From: a phage
Assembly: GCA_024614665.1 (NCBI GenBank)
Contig: GCA_024614665.1_4861.1
Reading direction: 5' to 3' (one strand)
DNA: 64,000 nucleotides
In this document: positions 20,019-29,265 of the stretch, in pieces
How the letters are laid out: every line of letters begins with the position of its first letter
How positions within the stretch are numbered: the first letter of the stretch is position 1
Translations under genes and position numbers: made by a program
Notes under the pieces: model-generated
The model's database searches: none
Told to the model about the DNA's origin: nothing
Seen by the model: only the letters and a program-made list of their open reading frames with translations

Positions 20019-21176
20019 TTATTTACCGACGATGTCGCGGACCATTGCTTTGATTGTGGCAGCAGTACGTTTCTTTTTCGGCAGCTTGCGGATTTCCGCG
20101 TACAGTTTATCCAGGTTCAGAGTTTTCTGTACCTGAGCAACAATCTGCATTTGCTCTTCGTCGATTTTCACTTCGACGGTCTGCTCCTGCATTTTGCCCA
20201 GTTCCTGAATCACACTGGCAACCGACACCGGATAAGCTGTTGATTTTGGACGTTCGATACCGAGGGTAACAAAGATTTCGTCGTCAATAAACACATTTTC
20301 GATATCAGCCAAGTTTTCCAGAATGATTTCATCGTGGTCTTCATCTTCTGACGCATTCGGATATGGACGTTTGTAGGTGTAATCCCACACGTCATAGCCG
20401 AGTTTATCTGCGAGTTGTACGAAACCTTCCCAGGTTACTTCGCCGGGGTTGATAGTCTGACCACGGAAACCAGGGTTGGCCGTAAAGACTTTCACCCAGT
20501 CGATGTTTGCGATGCTGCGACACTCTTCCAGCGGCGCGTAACGATCTCCCACTTCGTCATTGTCAGACTCTTCAACATGCTCTGCTTCACAACGCTCGAA
20601 AGTAACTGAGTGTGGTTTACCGTCACCGAAGATAACGGAGGCAGAACGCCAGTCTTCGATAGTCCACTGGACATGAGTCAAATCAATGTAACAATGCCCA
20701 ACTTTAACACGACCTCGTGGGGCACTTACTGGTTTAATCAGTTCACCTGGTTCGAAGAAGAATTCGTCAGAATGTGCAATGGCATACCAGACACCATCAA
20801 CACCTTCAACGAGAATAGACCAGTTATACGGCGCATGGCAACTTTGGAAAGCTACGCCCAGCATACTTCCCCAACGGTCATCTGGCGAATATTTCAGCGG
20901 CGGTAGGTTATCAAACTGAAGAGTTTGAGAAGAAAGGCACAACTTATTACGCAGGTGCGGCAGCGGCAGATAAGCCTCCACATTGTTATCGAACAGCGCA
21001 TTGTAAAGATCCGGGTTGATAACACCGGTGCCAGTGACGTGTTGTGCAATCAGAGCTTCGGAATATGCACGAAAACCTTCGTAGCTAAGCACATACGCAC
21101 GGTTACGTACTACACGAGCCATATCTTCGATTACGGAAATTGGAAATTGCATGTTAATAGTCCTTATAAAAGTCAA
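20019..21176 (-). CDS. hypothetical protein (385 aa)
   Basis: Long ORF; start may be the internal ATG 24 nt downstream. Confidence 0.5.
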   Translation of the reverse strand: MTFIRTINMQFPISVIEDMARVVRNRAYVLSYEGFRAYSEALIAQHVTGTGVINPDLYNALFDNNVEAYLPLPHLRNKLCLSSQTLQFDNLPPLKYSPDDRWGSMLGVAFQSCHAPYNWSILVEGVDGVWYAIAHSDEFFFEPGELIKPVSAPRGRVKVGHCYIDLTHVQWTIEDWRSASVIFGDGKPHSVTFERCEAEHVEESDNDEVGDRYAPLEECRSIANIDWVKVFTANPGFRGQTINPGEVTWEGFVQLADKLGYDVWDYTYKRPYPNASEDEDHDEIILENLADIENVFIDDEIFVTLGIERPKSTAYPVSVASVIQELGKMQEQTVEVKIDEEQMQIVAQVQKTLNLDKLYAEIRKLPKKKRTAATIKAMVRDIVGK

Positions 21177-21211
21177 TGGTATTTTCAGATGATTAGTTAC
21201 TGCTGTAAAAA

Positions 21212-21478
21212 CTAGTTACGGTCGGAATTAAAGACGTGCCAGGTACTACGCCAGCGAAAGAATCGGGTCATGAAACCACGCACGTGGTAGCCTGAGAACA
21301 ACATCCAGATCGTGAGAAAAAGCTGCGCCCATGGAGTGGTGAGTTCCATCAAATGTGCGACTATCGCACCAACTATCAACATTACCGTGGAGAATAACAA
21401 ACCATACATCATCGGAATGTTGTGGCTATAGTGTTTCTCCATCCAGTAGAGAAAATTTATTAAACGTTTCACGAACAC
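21212..21478 (-). CDS. small membrane protein (88 aa)
   Basis: Two hydrophobic helices (LLFSTVMLIVGAIVAHL, LFLTIWMLFSGY). Confidence 0.4.
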   Translation of the reverse strand: MFVKRLINFLYWMEKHYSHNIPMMYGLLFSTVMLIVGAIVAHLMELTTPWAQLFLTIWMLFSGYHVRGFMTRFFRWRSTWHVFNSDRN

Positions 21479-21490
21479 ACATCCAAGAAT

Positions 21491-21525
21491 TAAATAAAAG
21501 GTGGTCAGACCCGAAGGTCTGACCG
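21491..21525 (-). terminator. intrinsic terminator
   Basis: ggtcagacc-cgaa-ggtctgacc followed on minus strand by T-run. Confidence 0.5.
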
Positions 21526-21529
21526 TTAA

Positions 21530-22123
21530 TTACGCATCGGCCTCAAAGAACGGCTGGTTTGGTACCACTGCGTATTCGAGCACGAACAGATGTTCTGGGG
21601 CATCTTCTGCTCGCCACAGTTTGTGACACGTTGCCAGTTTTTCCAGGATGGTCAGCCAGCTGAGTTGGCAAAACGCACGATCGCCGAAGAACAGTTTCTG
21701 CAGTGCAATTGACACATCCATATACGCCTGTTTGAAGTCGAGCCCTTTATCGTAACCTGCCGACTGTCGCCAGGTCAGCACGAAACCTGCTTCGGTTTCG
21801 TTAATTGCTGGACGTAAACCACAAATCCACATCAGTGCCAGATTAACGTTCCAGTCGAATTCGATACCTTCGTCTTCGTCATCACCAAACGCCGCGTTTA
21901 ACGCGTCGTAGAAACCGTGGTTCTCTGCGAACCATTCGCCGTACTCAACGTAGACCGGTGCTTCGACAGCCTCCCCATCGACTTCACCGATAGGGCGCTC
22001 TACATAGTTCGGGTTGGTTTGAACGTGTTCCGCACCCGCGCGAATCAGTTCGTAGACATCTTTGGCGGTGATTTGTGCGGCTGTTTTAAGACCTGGATAC
22101 CAGGGGCGTGTTACGAGTGTCAA
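21530..22123 (-). CDS. hypothetical protein (197 aa)
   Basis: Intact ORF; terminator hairpin downstream. Confidence 0.45.
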   Translation of the reverse strand: MTLVTRPWYPGLKTAAQITAKDVYELIRAGAEHVQTNPNYVERPIGEVDGEAVEAPVYVEYGEWFAENHGFYDALNAAFGDDEDEGIEFDWNVNLALMWICGLRPAINETEAGFVLTWRQSAGYDKGLDFKQAYMDVSIALQKLFFGDRAFCQLSWLTILEKLATCHKLWRAEDAPEHLFVLEYAVVPNQPFFEADA

Positions 22124-22881
22124 AGCAGTGCTCCTTTCATGATGGTGTTATTTGCCAGTAATGTACCGGCCGCAGGTGATATTTTGGTGTACAGCGTATC
22201 CCAGATTTTCTGAAGTTCAGCGACGCGTTGGTCGTGGTCTTCCTTCGCAAAAGCAAGCTGACGTGTTTCAGCTTTCGGTGGCGTCATTTTCGCACCGTAG
22301 AATGCTGCGTCTTTTCGGTAACTGGCCATCCAGCGTTTCCCGACCGGTGATTTCTTTTTAATCATCGCAACAGCAGCACTCTCACCGAAGCGGTAGCCTA
22401 ATGCGATTTCGGCTGTGCTCGGCTTGCGTTTGAGTTGTTTCGTCAGATGATCCTCGATGTGTTTCATGTAAACAGCAGCAAGCTGTACAGCATATTTCGG
22501 TTTATTAAGGTCTGCGTTCTTTGGGATGTTAAGTTGTTTCCCATACAGACGTATCATGGAGCGTTTAGTGCCTGTCGTCATTTGGACAACACTACTAGCA
22601 CTGCTCGATTTATTCTTACCCACGTTTTTATTAAAACGGGATTCACGGTAAATAGTGGTCGCAAGCATCCCGGCGTGTACACCTTGCTTTTGAGATGCGG
22701 AGACGATGAGAGGTTTAATCTCATTGAACTGGTCCTGGATAAGGACAAATTCTTTTTGATGTTTGTTACTGGTGGACTGGTAAGAAGCGTTGCTGTTGAA
22801 TGTGGTCACTGCTACCAGAAGAAATAAAATGGTGCGAAACATGGATGTTCTCCAAATGGATTTATACTTTTCCGTTCCCAA
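22120..22881 (-). CDS. putative exported lytic transglycosylase-like (SLT-like) protein
   Basis: N-terminal hydrophobic signal (MFRTILFLLVAVTTF from internal ATG); ESRFN...SSVVQMT...GYRFG resembles SLT catalytic Glu-Ser region; start uncertain. Confidence 0.4.
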   Translation of the reverse strand: MGTEKYKSIWRTSMFRTILFLLVAVTTFNSNASYQSTSNKHQKEFVLIQDQFNEIKPLIVSASQKQGVHAGMLATTIYRESRFNKNVGKNKSSSASSVVQMTTGTKRSMIRLYGKQLNIPKNADLNKPKYAVQLAAVYMKHIEDHLTKQLKRKPSTAEIALGYRFGESAAVAMIKKKSPVGKRWMASYRKDAAFYGAKMTPPKAETRQLAFAKEDHDQRVAELQKIWDTLYTKISPAAGTLLANNTIMKGALL

Positions 22882-22929
22882 TCCGGGAAGACGGCGCGGA
22901 CGGCATTGTGCTCCTTTGTAATGTGCCCT

Positions 22930-22944
22930 GATAATAATATCTAT
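22930..22944 (-). promoter_or_regulatory. AGATATTATTATC motif upstream of gene 22120..22881
   Basis: Related motif about 50 nt upstream of start. Confidence 0.25.
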
Positions 22945-23441
22945 TTGAAACTTTTTGGGATGATTTTCTCTGCTTCCCTCAGCAGGGTGTCTGGTAAATA
23001 GAATCGATAAGTCTGCTCCGTGTGCTGTAGTCGTTTCTGTAAGTGTATAAAGATTTCCAATCGCTCATGGTAACGTAACCAACCGTTAGCCATCCCTAGG
23101 GGCGGTATCGCAATCCCTCCTTCTAAGTCTTCCCCTAGTCGCGCCAGCGCATCAATGCCGGACGTGACATAGTAAATCTGCGATTTATAGCGAAAATGGG
23201 TTTTAGTAGGAAGGAGTATTACCCCTTCCTCAGGATAACAATAGACCTCACCGATAACGATTTGCTCTTTACGACATTTCTGGCGATAGTCGTTATAAAG
23301 CGATGGGAAGCGTTCTCGGCACGCCAAGGCAATGCCCCTTCCCATCGCACCAACACAGTTAACTGTAACGACCTTGAAGCGCTCAGGCGCGTTAAACAGG
23401 TCGTGGGAGATAATAGCCTCGTCGATCAGTTCGAGTGACAT
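22941..23441 (-). CDS. macrodomain protein, TARG1/DarG-like (166 aa)
   Basis: KVVTVNCVGAMGRGIALACRERFP and IAIPPLGMANGWL match the NCxGxMGxGIA / GxxNG pattern I recall for TARG1/DarG-type macrodomains. Confidence 0.5.
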   Translation of the reverse strand: MSLELIDEAIISHDLFNAPERFKVVTVNCVGAMGRGIALACRERFPSLYNDYRQKCRKEQIVIGEVYCYPEEGVILLPTKTHFRYKSQIYYVTSGIDALARLGEDLEGGIAIPPLGMANGWLRYHERLEIFIHLQKRLQHTEQTYRFYLPDTLLREAEKIIPKSFK

Positions 23442-23640
23442 CTATTGCCATACCCCATTGTGAAATAACCGGAGACTGAAGCAGCGATTCCAGCTCAGTA
23501 AGAACTCTGGCTTTTGCTTCTTCGCGCAACTTACGGACTTCCGGATCAGGTTTGCCTGCGCCCAAATATTGGGGTTCTGTCTGCGGGGTAGGGAAACCAC
23601 AGAAAGAACTAACCATTATTCCGATGATTGTTTTTTGCAT
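23392..23640 (-). CDS. hypothetical small protein with hydrophobic N-terminus (82 aa)
   Basis: ORF overlapping the macrodomain gene start by 50 nt; N-terminus MQKTIIGIMVSSFCGF. Confidence 0.3.
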   Translation of the reverse strand: MQKTIIGIMVSSFCGFPTPQTEPQYLGAGKPDPEVRKLREEAKARVLTELESLLQSPVISQWGMAIDVTRTDRRGYYLPRPV

Positions 23641-24063
23641 TTAGCTATTCCTTTTCGCCCAGGCATGTACCGCTGACTCGAAACCTTCGTGTTCGATACC
23701 GAGCCGTTTCATTGCCAACATAGTGTTGAGGCTATTCGTAATTTCTTCACGGTAGCGATGGTCATCCATCTTACGCCAACACTTCTCCGGGTCAACGCCT
23801 AAACGCTGGAGTAGATACGCCTCACGCACCATACCAGGCCGCCAGAATTTAGGGCGGGTAATCGCGATTTCAATCATGGGCGTCATGTCCAACGTGTGGG
23901 CGAGAATACTAACCGGCGTTTCCCCAACTTTATCACGTAGCGCTAAACGTAACCACCACTGAACATTTGCTTTGGTTTCAGGTAACAGGTCGTAGAATAA
24001 GGCTGTTTCTTCTTCTGATAAATGATCGTATAGTGATTTTGTTTCGCGAATAGCGGTAACCAT
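23641..24063 (-). CDS. hypothetical protein (140 aa)
   Basis: Intact ORF. Confidence 0.4.
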   Translation of the reverse strand: MVTAIRETKSLYDHLSEEETALFYDLLPETKANVQWWLRLALRDKVGETPVSILAHTLDMTPMIEIAITRPKFWRPGMVREAYLLQRLGVDPEKCWRKMDDHRYREEITNSLNTMLAMKRLGIEHEGFESAVHAWAKRNS

Positions 24064-24074
24064 TTTAATGCTCC

Positions 24075-24338
24075 TTAGGGTAAAGTTGCCTCCCAGTCGT
24101 AACGGTGAGGCTCAGGCAGCGTACCAAGCGCTGCTTTAATACACGTACTCAGCGGAGTATCATCGAACGCAACACGCCCGATAGTACCCACGTTGATGTG
24201 TTTTGGATTTACGGGTAAGAACTCCTTCACCCGCTCGTACTCAGCCCAACAGATATCGGTGTTTAAAGCTGAAAACCCAGGACGGTGAAACATAAATAGC
24301 ACTCCTCGCGTAAAAATACCCCACTCATAGTGAGGCAT
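24075..24338 (-). CDS. hypothetical protein (87 aa)
   Basis: Intact ORF. Confidence 0.35.
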   Translation of the reverse strand: MPHYEWGIFTRGVLFMFHRPGFSALNTDICWAEYERVKEFLPVNPKHINVGTIGRVAFDDTPLSTCIKAALGTLPEPHRYDWEATLP

Positions 24339-24363
24339 AATCGTAAGGAGTGCTAAAACAGGA

Positions 24364-24852
24364 CTATGCTACCGCAGTCCTTAAAGGTTCATCTGCTTCC
24401 GCAGGAACCTGCTTCGTAAATTCAAGCCATTGTCCGTCTGTAGAGACGGTCTTGCCAAAGCCGCGAGCGGTAAAGAACGCAATACCAGCTTCCTGGCAAG
24501 CGTATATTCCCCCATGCGCACTGGTGAACCGTTCATTCACATCAAGCGCATCAAAAATCTGCGTCATCGTTTTGCGACGGCGTGCCATTTCGGACACGAA
24601 CATCGTACGAATCTTCAGAACCCCGGCGATTACGCGATAGAGACAGTAACCAATAGGGGTGCCCCCTTCCAGAGCAACGCAAGCACGGTTCCCCGCCAAC
24701 AGTTTCTCCAGAGTGAGGTTCGGAATCTCACCTTTTTCGATATGGAGTATGGTACGTTGGTGGTTCAGAAATTTATAATGCAGCCCCAACAGCTGTTTAT
24801 TTTGTGCTTCCGTTAAATCTGAGGATGAGGTAAGAATGACAATTTCGGCCAT
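24364..24852 (-). CDS. hypothetical protein (about 162 aa)
   Basis: Start set at internal ATG (MAEIVILT) preceded by AGGAA; the longer track ORF begins at a TTG. Confidence 0.4.
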   Translation of the reverse strand: MAEIVILTSSSDLTEAQNKQLLGLHYKFLNHQRTILHIEKGEIPNLTLEKLLAGNRACVALEGGTPIGYCLYRVIAGVLKIRTMFVSEMARRRKTMTQIFDALDVNERFTSAHGGIYACQEAGIAFFTARGFGKTVSTDGQWLEFTKQVPAEADEPLRTAVA

Positions 24853-25013
24853 GAGCTGAATTCCTAAGTGAGCTTTCACCTGCAATGAAAGCGTGTGACG
24901 AAGAATTGCGTTTGTGTTTTCTTAAGTTTACCGGTAAAGCTTAGCGGTGTATACCGCCACAGATGAAGACCAGTTCTCTATCGGAACTATGTCTTTAATC
25001 AGCAACGACGTTT

Positions 25014-25277
25014 TCAACGTCGTGATGCTGAGGTAACCTTCCGTCGCCACATTCGCTCATGGCGCTTCTGATTACCACGCCAGTCTTCCCCGACTGTACG
25101 TGAAACTGCAAAATCATCCGGCCCGCAGACTTCCGCGATGTCTGCTAAAAGGTTCTTTGAAGACCCTATAGCCATCCCCACGCTAGAAAGAACGATACGC
25201 CGGGTTGGCTCGGCCGCCCCTAAACCCACGACCACGGGATCAGAGACTGTTTCACTGCTACATGTTGTTTCTCCCAC
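25014..25277 (-). CDS. hypothetical protein (87 aa)
   Basis: Intact ORF. Confidence 0.3.
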   Translation of the reverse strand: MGETTCSSETVSDPVVVGLGAAEPTRRIVLSSVGMAIGSSKNLLADIAEVCGPDDFAVSRTVGEDWRGNQKRHERMWRRKVTSASRR

Positions 25278-25390
25278 TTCGTAATTACCCTCCTGTTAAA
25301 ACCAACCTTGCGTCAATGCAAGGATTGCGCCTAGGGCGTATGCGCCTGCTCCTAGTATCAGGCTACAGACGATACACCCAATCCATTTCA

Positions 25391-25522
25391 CTAAAATAGC
25401 CACGTTACTACAAACGCTCCGATTGCGCAAACGATAAACGTGATACCAACATCTGTCCAGGTGGCACCGTCATACGCACCCGTTGCAATCATCGCCGCGT
25501 TGACACTATTCACGACTGTCAT
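25391..25522 (-). CDS. small hydrophobic peptide (43 aa)
   Basis: Not in the ORF track (below its length cut-off); ATG...TAG; translation MTVVNSVNAAMIATGAYDGATWTDVGITFIVCAIGAFVVTWLF. Confidence 0.25.
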   Translation of the reverse strand: MTVVNSVNAAMIATGAYDGATWTDVGITFIVCAIGAFVVTWLF

Positions 25523-25709
25523 AAGCCGGGTCCCTTAAACGTGGGGGCTTGCTCCACAGATTACCGAAGTAAACCCCTTCTAAGAACACCAAAACAACTA
25601 ATCCCCAAAAGGCAGGCGTGGCACGAGACAAGAAAATACCCAGCAGCACCGCAGTGTGCATTACCACAACTGCCCAAAACTTTAAACGTCGCGGTTTACG
25701 TGTTGCCAT
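25506..25709 (-). CDS. small membrane protein (about 67 aa)
   Basis: Start at internal ATG (MATRKPRRLKFWAVVVMHTAVLLGIF) with AAAGGA upstream; one TM helix. Confidence 0.35.
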   Translation of the reverse strand: MATRKPRRLKFWAVVVMHTAVLLGIFLSRATPAFWGLVVLVFLEGVYFGNLWSKPPRLRDPAYDSRE

Positions 25710-25796
25710 GGAATGCCCATCCTTTCGTGCGGATAATCCAATCCCAGGCACCACGAATTAACCACAGCGCAATACCGGTTAGTACAATACCTTCGA

Positions 25797-25988
25797 TCAT
25801 GACCGTTCCCCTACATCTCGCCACTCACAACGTGTGTCGAACAGACGTTCTTTAAGAGCAGCAGCTAAATAAACAACCGCAGCGATAACCACTACGGTTG
25901 CACAAAAGGAGAGGTACAGTACCATCACAACAAACTGAAGGAACTGAAAACCCCACCAAGCCCATAAGCGCCAACCTTTATGATGCAT
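25797..25988 (-). CDS. small membrane protein (63 aa)
   Basis: Trp-rich hydrophobic N-terminus and second helix VVVIAAVVYLAAAL. Confidence 0.35.
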   Translation of the reverse strand: MHHKGWRLWAWWGFQFLQFVVMVLYLSFCATVVVIAAVVYLAAALKERLFDTRCEWRDVGERS

Positions 25989-28488
25989 ATTTGATTATTA
26001 CCCCTTCGTTATAAACCGGTGGAAGCGTTACACCTTCTGGCTCGACGACACAGTAGGTGGCTTCGTTAAGTTTAGAATGAACTTCCGCTTCATGCGAAAC
26101 GACCAGTAATTGAGAAAACTCTCCCGACAACGCCAACGATTTAATGAAGTTAACTAATCGGTTTTTGTGTTCTTCATCCATGCCTTCAGATGGTTCATCC
26201 AATAACAAAGGATAGTTTTGTAAACCAAGCGCTTTATACGCCGTTAAACGAAACATCATGTTAAAGATAATACGCTGTGCTTTTGAACCTTTCTTCACAT
26301 CCGGTACCAGTTCTACATGGTCTTTTAATCGCACAGGGAACGTGTAGTCCAGATCCCCGTCGGTTAGATCGCACGGAATAACCTGCATCGGATATGCCCA
26401 CACCATTTCGATATACCGATTCATTAAATCCATGATGCGGGTAATCGCAGCGTAGAAGTAACGTCTCAGTAAACCTTTTTCAGGAGAAACCGCATTAATA
26501 ATCAGTCTGGCATGGTGGTGTTCTTTGAGCAACTCAGCTTGCTCTTTTTCCAGTTCCGCTAAACGTGCAATAGCCCCTTCCATTTGACGAAACCGTTCAC
26601 GAGCTGAAGTATACGCATCGAGCTTCGCTTCGCGGCGGTTTAACAACTCACGAACTACGACGTTGTTAACGGAGATGTTCATTTCCGATACCAGATGTTC
26701 GTAGCCCTTTTGGAAACGTTCGATTGCTTCTTTGGTTTGTTGCAGTTGGGTGGTTTCGCGTTCCAGCTCATTGGCTTGTCTGCGGTATTCTATCAGTCGA
26801 CGGTTAGCCCCGTCTAGTTGTGAACGGATATGTTCAATTTTCTGGCTCAGAGCACCATCAACATTACCTACTGCGGCAACAGCCTCTTGCCATTCCCGTT
26901 CCGCTGTTGCAAGCTTCGCTGATTGACGCAGATACATCATGGCCGAATCTAACTCTTCGGTAAAGGCACGTGCAATGGCACCATATCGATCCCGCGCCGT
27001 GGTGAAGATATCCAGCTCCTGTAGTTTACGGAAAAACAAACCGACAACGGGATGATTGGAATACGACATGACAATTTCGCGAATCGTACGTAGGCTACGG
27101 ACGTCCTCTTCAATCTCTTTGCGGTCACGCAAAAGACTATCCATTTCGTCTTTCAGCTGTTTTTTCCAACCTTCATTATCGTTGATGGCCTTTTCAATTT
27201 CAGGTAACGACTTACGAATCCCAGGACGGAAACGGTGGTTACACTGTGGACAATCAACTTCTGCAGTTTCTAAGAAGTGTTGACGGTCGTGGTATAAACC
27301 GTGTAGCACATTCTCACAACGTTGCAACTTTTCAGATAGACCCGCAGAGGTTAAATCCATACCCTGTAAACGCTTCTCTAACGCTCCTAGGCGCTCTGTT
27401 GTCTTTAACTGGTCCAGATGCATGGACAACGGTAAATTCCAGTTACAGGCGTCGTTTAACGCGTTCTGAATGCTATCCACGTCGATGCGGGTACCTTCAA
27501 ACAGAGCCGGGAACATCCAGTTCTGTTGGAACGTTGCCAGTTCCTGTTTTAAGCTGTCGATTGTTTGTTTTAGACCGGTATGGTTACGCATCAGATACGC
27601 TTGACGCGACTCCTCATCCAGTAGCTGTGACAACTCTTTATTGTACATGTTGCATTCAGTTTCAGCGGAGGCAGCTTGCTCACGCCAGGCAACCACACGA
27701 CTTTGAAACTCGTTAATCAGTTCGTCAGAAGGCAGAACGCCATAACGTTCCATAATGAGTTTTACAGCCGGTTGCAACGAAGCAATGCGTTTCCGGATAC
27801 TGTCAACCGAAACAGCGTTATCTAAACCGGGCCTTGCTTCAATTGTGCGGTTTAATTCTTGAAGCTCAGCATCGAGTTCTTTCAAACGAACTTCTAAACG
27901 TGCACGATCTTCTTCATCGTCAACGACGCGCATTTTTGCTTCGCCGATTTTTCGTCCGGTGTGTTCGATGGCCCCGCTTAAACTGGAAGCGAGTTTACGC
28001 AAACGTCGATAGCAGCCAACAACGTACGTCAGATCAGATTCTGACATTAACGTAAACCATTTACGACGAACTTCGGTAGTGGCGTCAGTTAATAAGGTCT
28101 CACCATTAATTAACTCTTTGATTTCTTTGGTGATTCCGGTTAATTGCTCCACCATGGAGTTGTAAACTTTGGCGTTTACCGAGTCCACAATGGGGACGCC
28201 TTTGGTGATATTGAAAATACTACAAGACAAAGAAGACCCACGTCGCAGGACTTCAAACTTAAGACGGTCGTCCCCGACTAACGCGTAGTTAGTGTAAGAA
28301 CCACCTTCACGGAATTCAGATTTTGCTGGAGCTAAGGGGAGAAAAACAGATAGGAGGCTTGTTTTACCGCAACCATTCCCACCAAGGATAATGGTAACGG
28401 TTGATTTAAGGGTGAAATCAAACGTTTCGATTTCATGTAACCCCATGCCGGTAAATCCTTTCAAAATGATACGTTCGACCTTGAGCAT
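25978..28488 (-). CDS. SbcC/Rad50-like recombination ATPase (836 aa)
   Basis: N-terminal Walker A GGNGCGKTS; long central coiled coil with CPQC hook-like motif; C-terminal LLLDEPSEGMD Walker B and VVSHE. Confidence 0.7.
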   Translation of the reverse strand: MLKVERIILKGFTGMGLHEIETFDFTLKSTVTIILGGNGCGKTSLLSVFLPLAPAKSEFREGGSYTNYALVGDDRLKFEVLRRGSSLSCSIFNITKGVPIVDSVNAKVYNSMVEQLTGITKEIKELINGETLLTDATTEVRRKWFTLMSESDLTYVVGCYRRLRKLASSLSGAIEHTGRKIGEAKMRVVDDEEDRARLEVRLKELDAELQELNRTIEARPGLDNAVSVDSIRKRIASLQPAVKLIMERYGVLPSDELINEFQSRVVAWREQAASAETECNMYNKELSQLLDEESRQAYLMRNHTGLKQTIDSLKQELATFQQNWMFPALFEGTRIDVDSIQNALNDACNWNLPLSMHLDQLKTTERLGALEKRLQGMDLTSAGLSEKLQRCENVLHGLYHDRQHFLETAEVDCPQCNHRFRPGIRKSLPEIEKAINDNEGWKKQLKDEMDSLLRDRKEIEEDVRSLRTIREIVMSYSNHPVVGLFFRKLQELDIFTTARDRYGAIARAFTEELDSAMMYLRQSAKLATAEREWQEAVAAVGNVDGALSQKIEHIRSQLDGANRRLIEYRRQANELERETTQLQQTKEAIERFQKGYEHLVSEMNISVNNVVVRELLNRREAKLDAYTSARERFRQMEGAIARLAELEKEQAELLKEHHHARLIINAVSPEKGLLRRYFYAAITRIMDLMNRYIEMVWAYPMQVIPCDLTDGDLDYTFPVRLKDHVELVPDVKKGSKAQRIIFNMMFRLTAYKALGLQNYPLLLDEPSEGMDEEHKNRLVNFIKSLALSGEFSQLLVVSHEAEVHSKLNEATYCVVEPEGVTLPPVYNEGVIIKYAS

Positions 28489-28541
28489 GTTTGCCTTCTA
28501 ATGAGAAAGTATTAGTCGTTCATATCCAAAAGGTCATGCGT

Positions 28542-28573
28542 AAAAAAGAAGAAATGGAACCCCGAAGGGTTCC
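28542..28573 (-). terminator. intrinsic terminator
   Basis: ggaaccc-cgaa-gggttcc followed on minus strand by T-run. Confidence 0.5.
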
Positions 28574-28584
28574 AGAGAGGAGAG

Positions 28585-29211
28585 TTATTGCGGAATAAAC
28601 TTACGGTGTCCGAGTGATTCCCAAAAACTATCGGTGCGCTCTTTGGTTAATTCATACCACGCACGCCCGGCATCAGAATCGACAACCTTTAACGTTTCAG
28701 TAAGCAGGAATTTGAACAGTTCAGCGCTACGACCGGGTGCTACACCGTCGAGATATATCGGAATTAAATAACCGGTTTTGATTTCTTCGTACGGTTGCGA
28801 TTGGTGCTGACCAACAACCCAGGCGTCAGCCGCGCTACCGACCAAAGTGGTGTTTACAGTTAACTCATCAGAAATCCAGTTAACGGTATCAGCCATTATT
28901 GAATCGCCATTGACGTAGAAGAAAACTAAACGTTTAGGTTGCTCCACCGAACCGGCCAAATCTAATGCAGTAGTTCCGGTGAAGATCGTATTATTGGGAT
29001 TACGTTCTGCAATAGGTAGAGCAAACCACGCTTCGAGCTGTTCCCAGCTACGCGGCAGTGCTTCTTTAAACCACTTCACCAATCGCGGGTATTCCAGAAA
29101 CCCTTCTACCTCTTCTTCCATCAGATTGATACGCAGTTTGGTATCCTGACGATTCGCTTTCTGACATGTCACCATGTCATCGATGAAACGAATCAGGGTA
29201 ATTTCGTTCAT
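28585..29211 (-). CDS. hypothetical protein (208 aa)
   Basis: Intact ORF followed by terminator hairpin; no phosphoesterase motifs. Confidence 0.45.
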   Translation of the reverse strand: MNEITLIRFIDDMVTCQKANRQDTKLRINLMEEEVEGFLEYPRLVKWFKEALPRSWEQLEAWFALPIAERNPNNTIFTGTTALDLAGSVEQPKRLVFFYVNGDSIMADTVNWISDELTVNTTLVGSAADAWVVGQHQSQPYEEIKTGYLIPIYLDGVAPGRSAELFKFLLTETLKVVDSDAGRAWYELTKERTDSFWESLGHRKFIPQ

Positions 29212-29228
29212 GTTTAATCCTTCTTCAA

Positions 29229-29256
29229 CAAAAAAAGAAGGTAGCCCGTAGGCTAC
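29229..29256 (-). terminator. intrinsic terminator
   Basis: ggtagcc-cgta-ggctacc followed on minus strand by T-run. Confidence 0.5.
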
Positions 29257-29265
29257 CTCTCGTAT

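Noticed and set aside
24364-24852. Possible GNAT acetyltransferase
   Set aside because: Only vague resemblance; the acetyl-CoA binding motif (R/Q-x-x-G-x-G/A) is absent.
28585-29211. Considered as the Mre11/SbcD-like partner of the SbcC-like ATPase
   Set aside because: 208 aa is too short and no calcineurin-like phosphoesterase motifs (D-x-H, GD, GNHD/E) are present.
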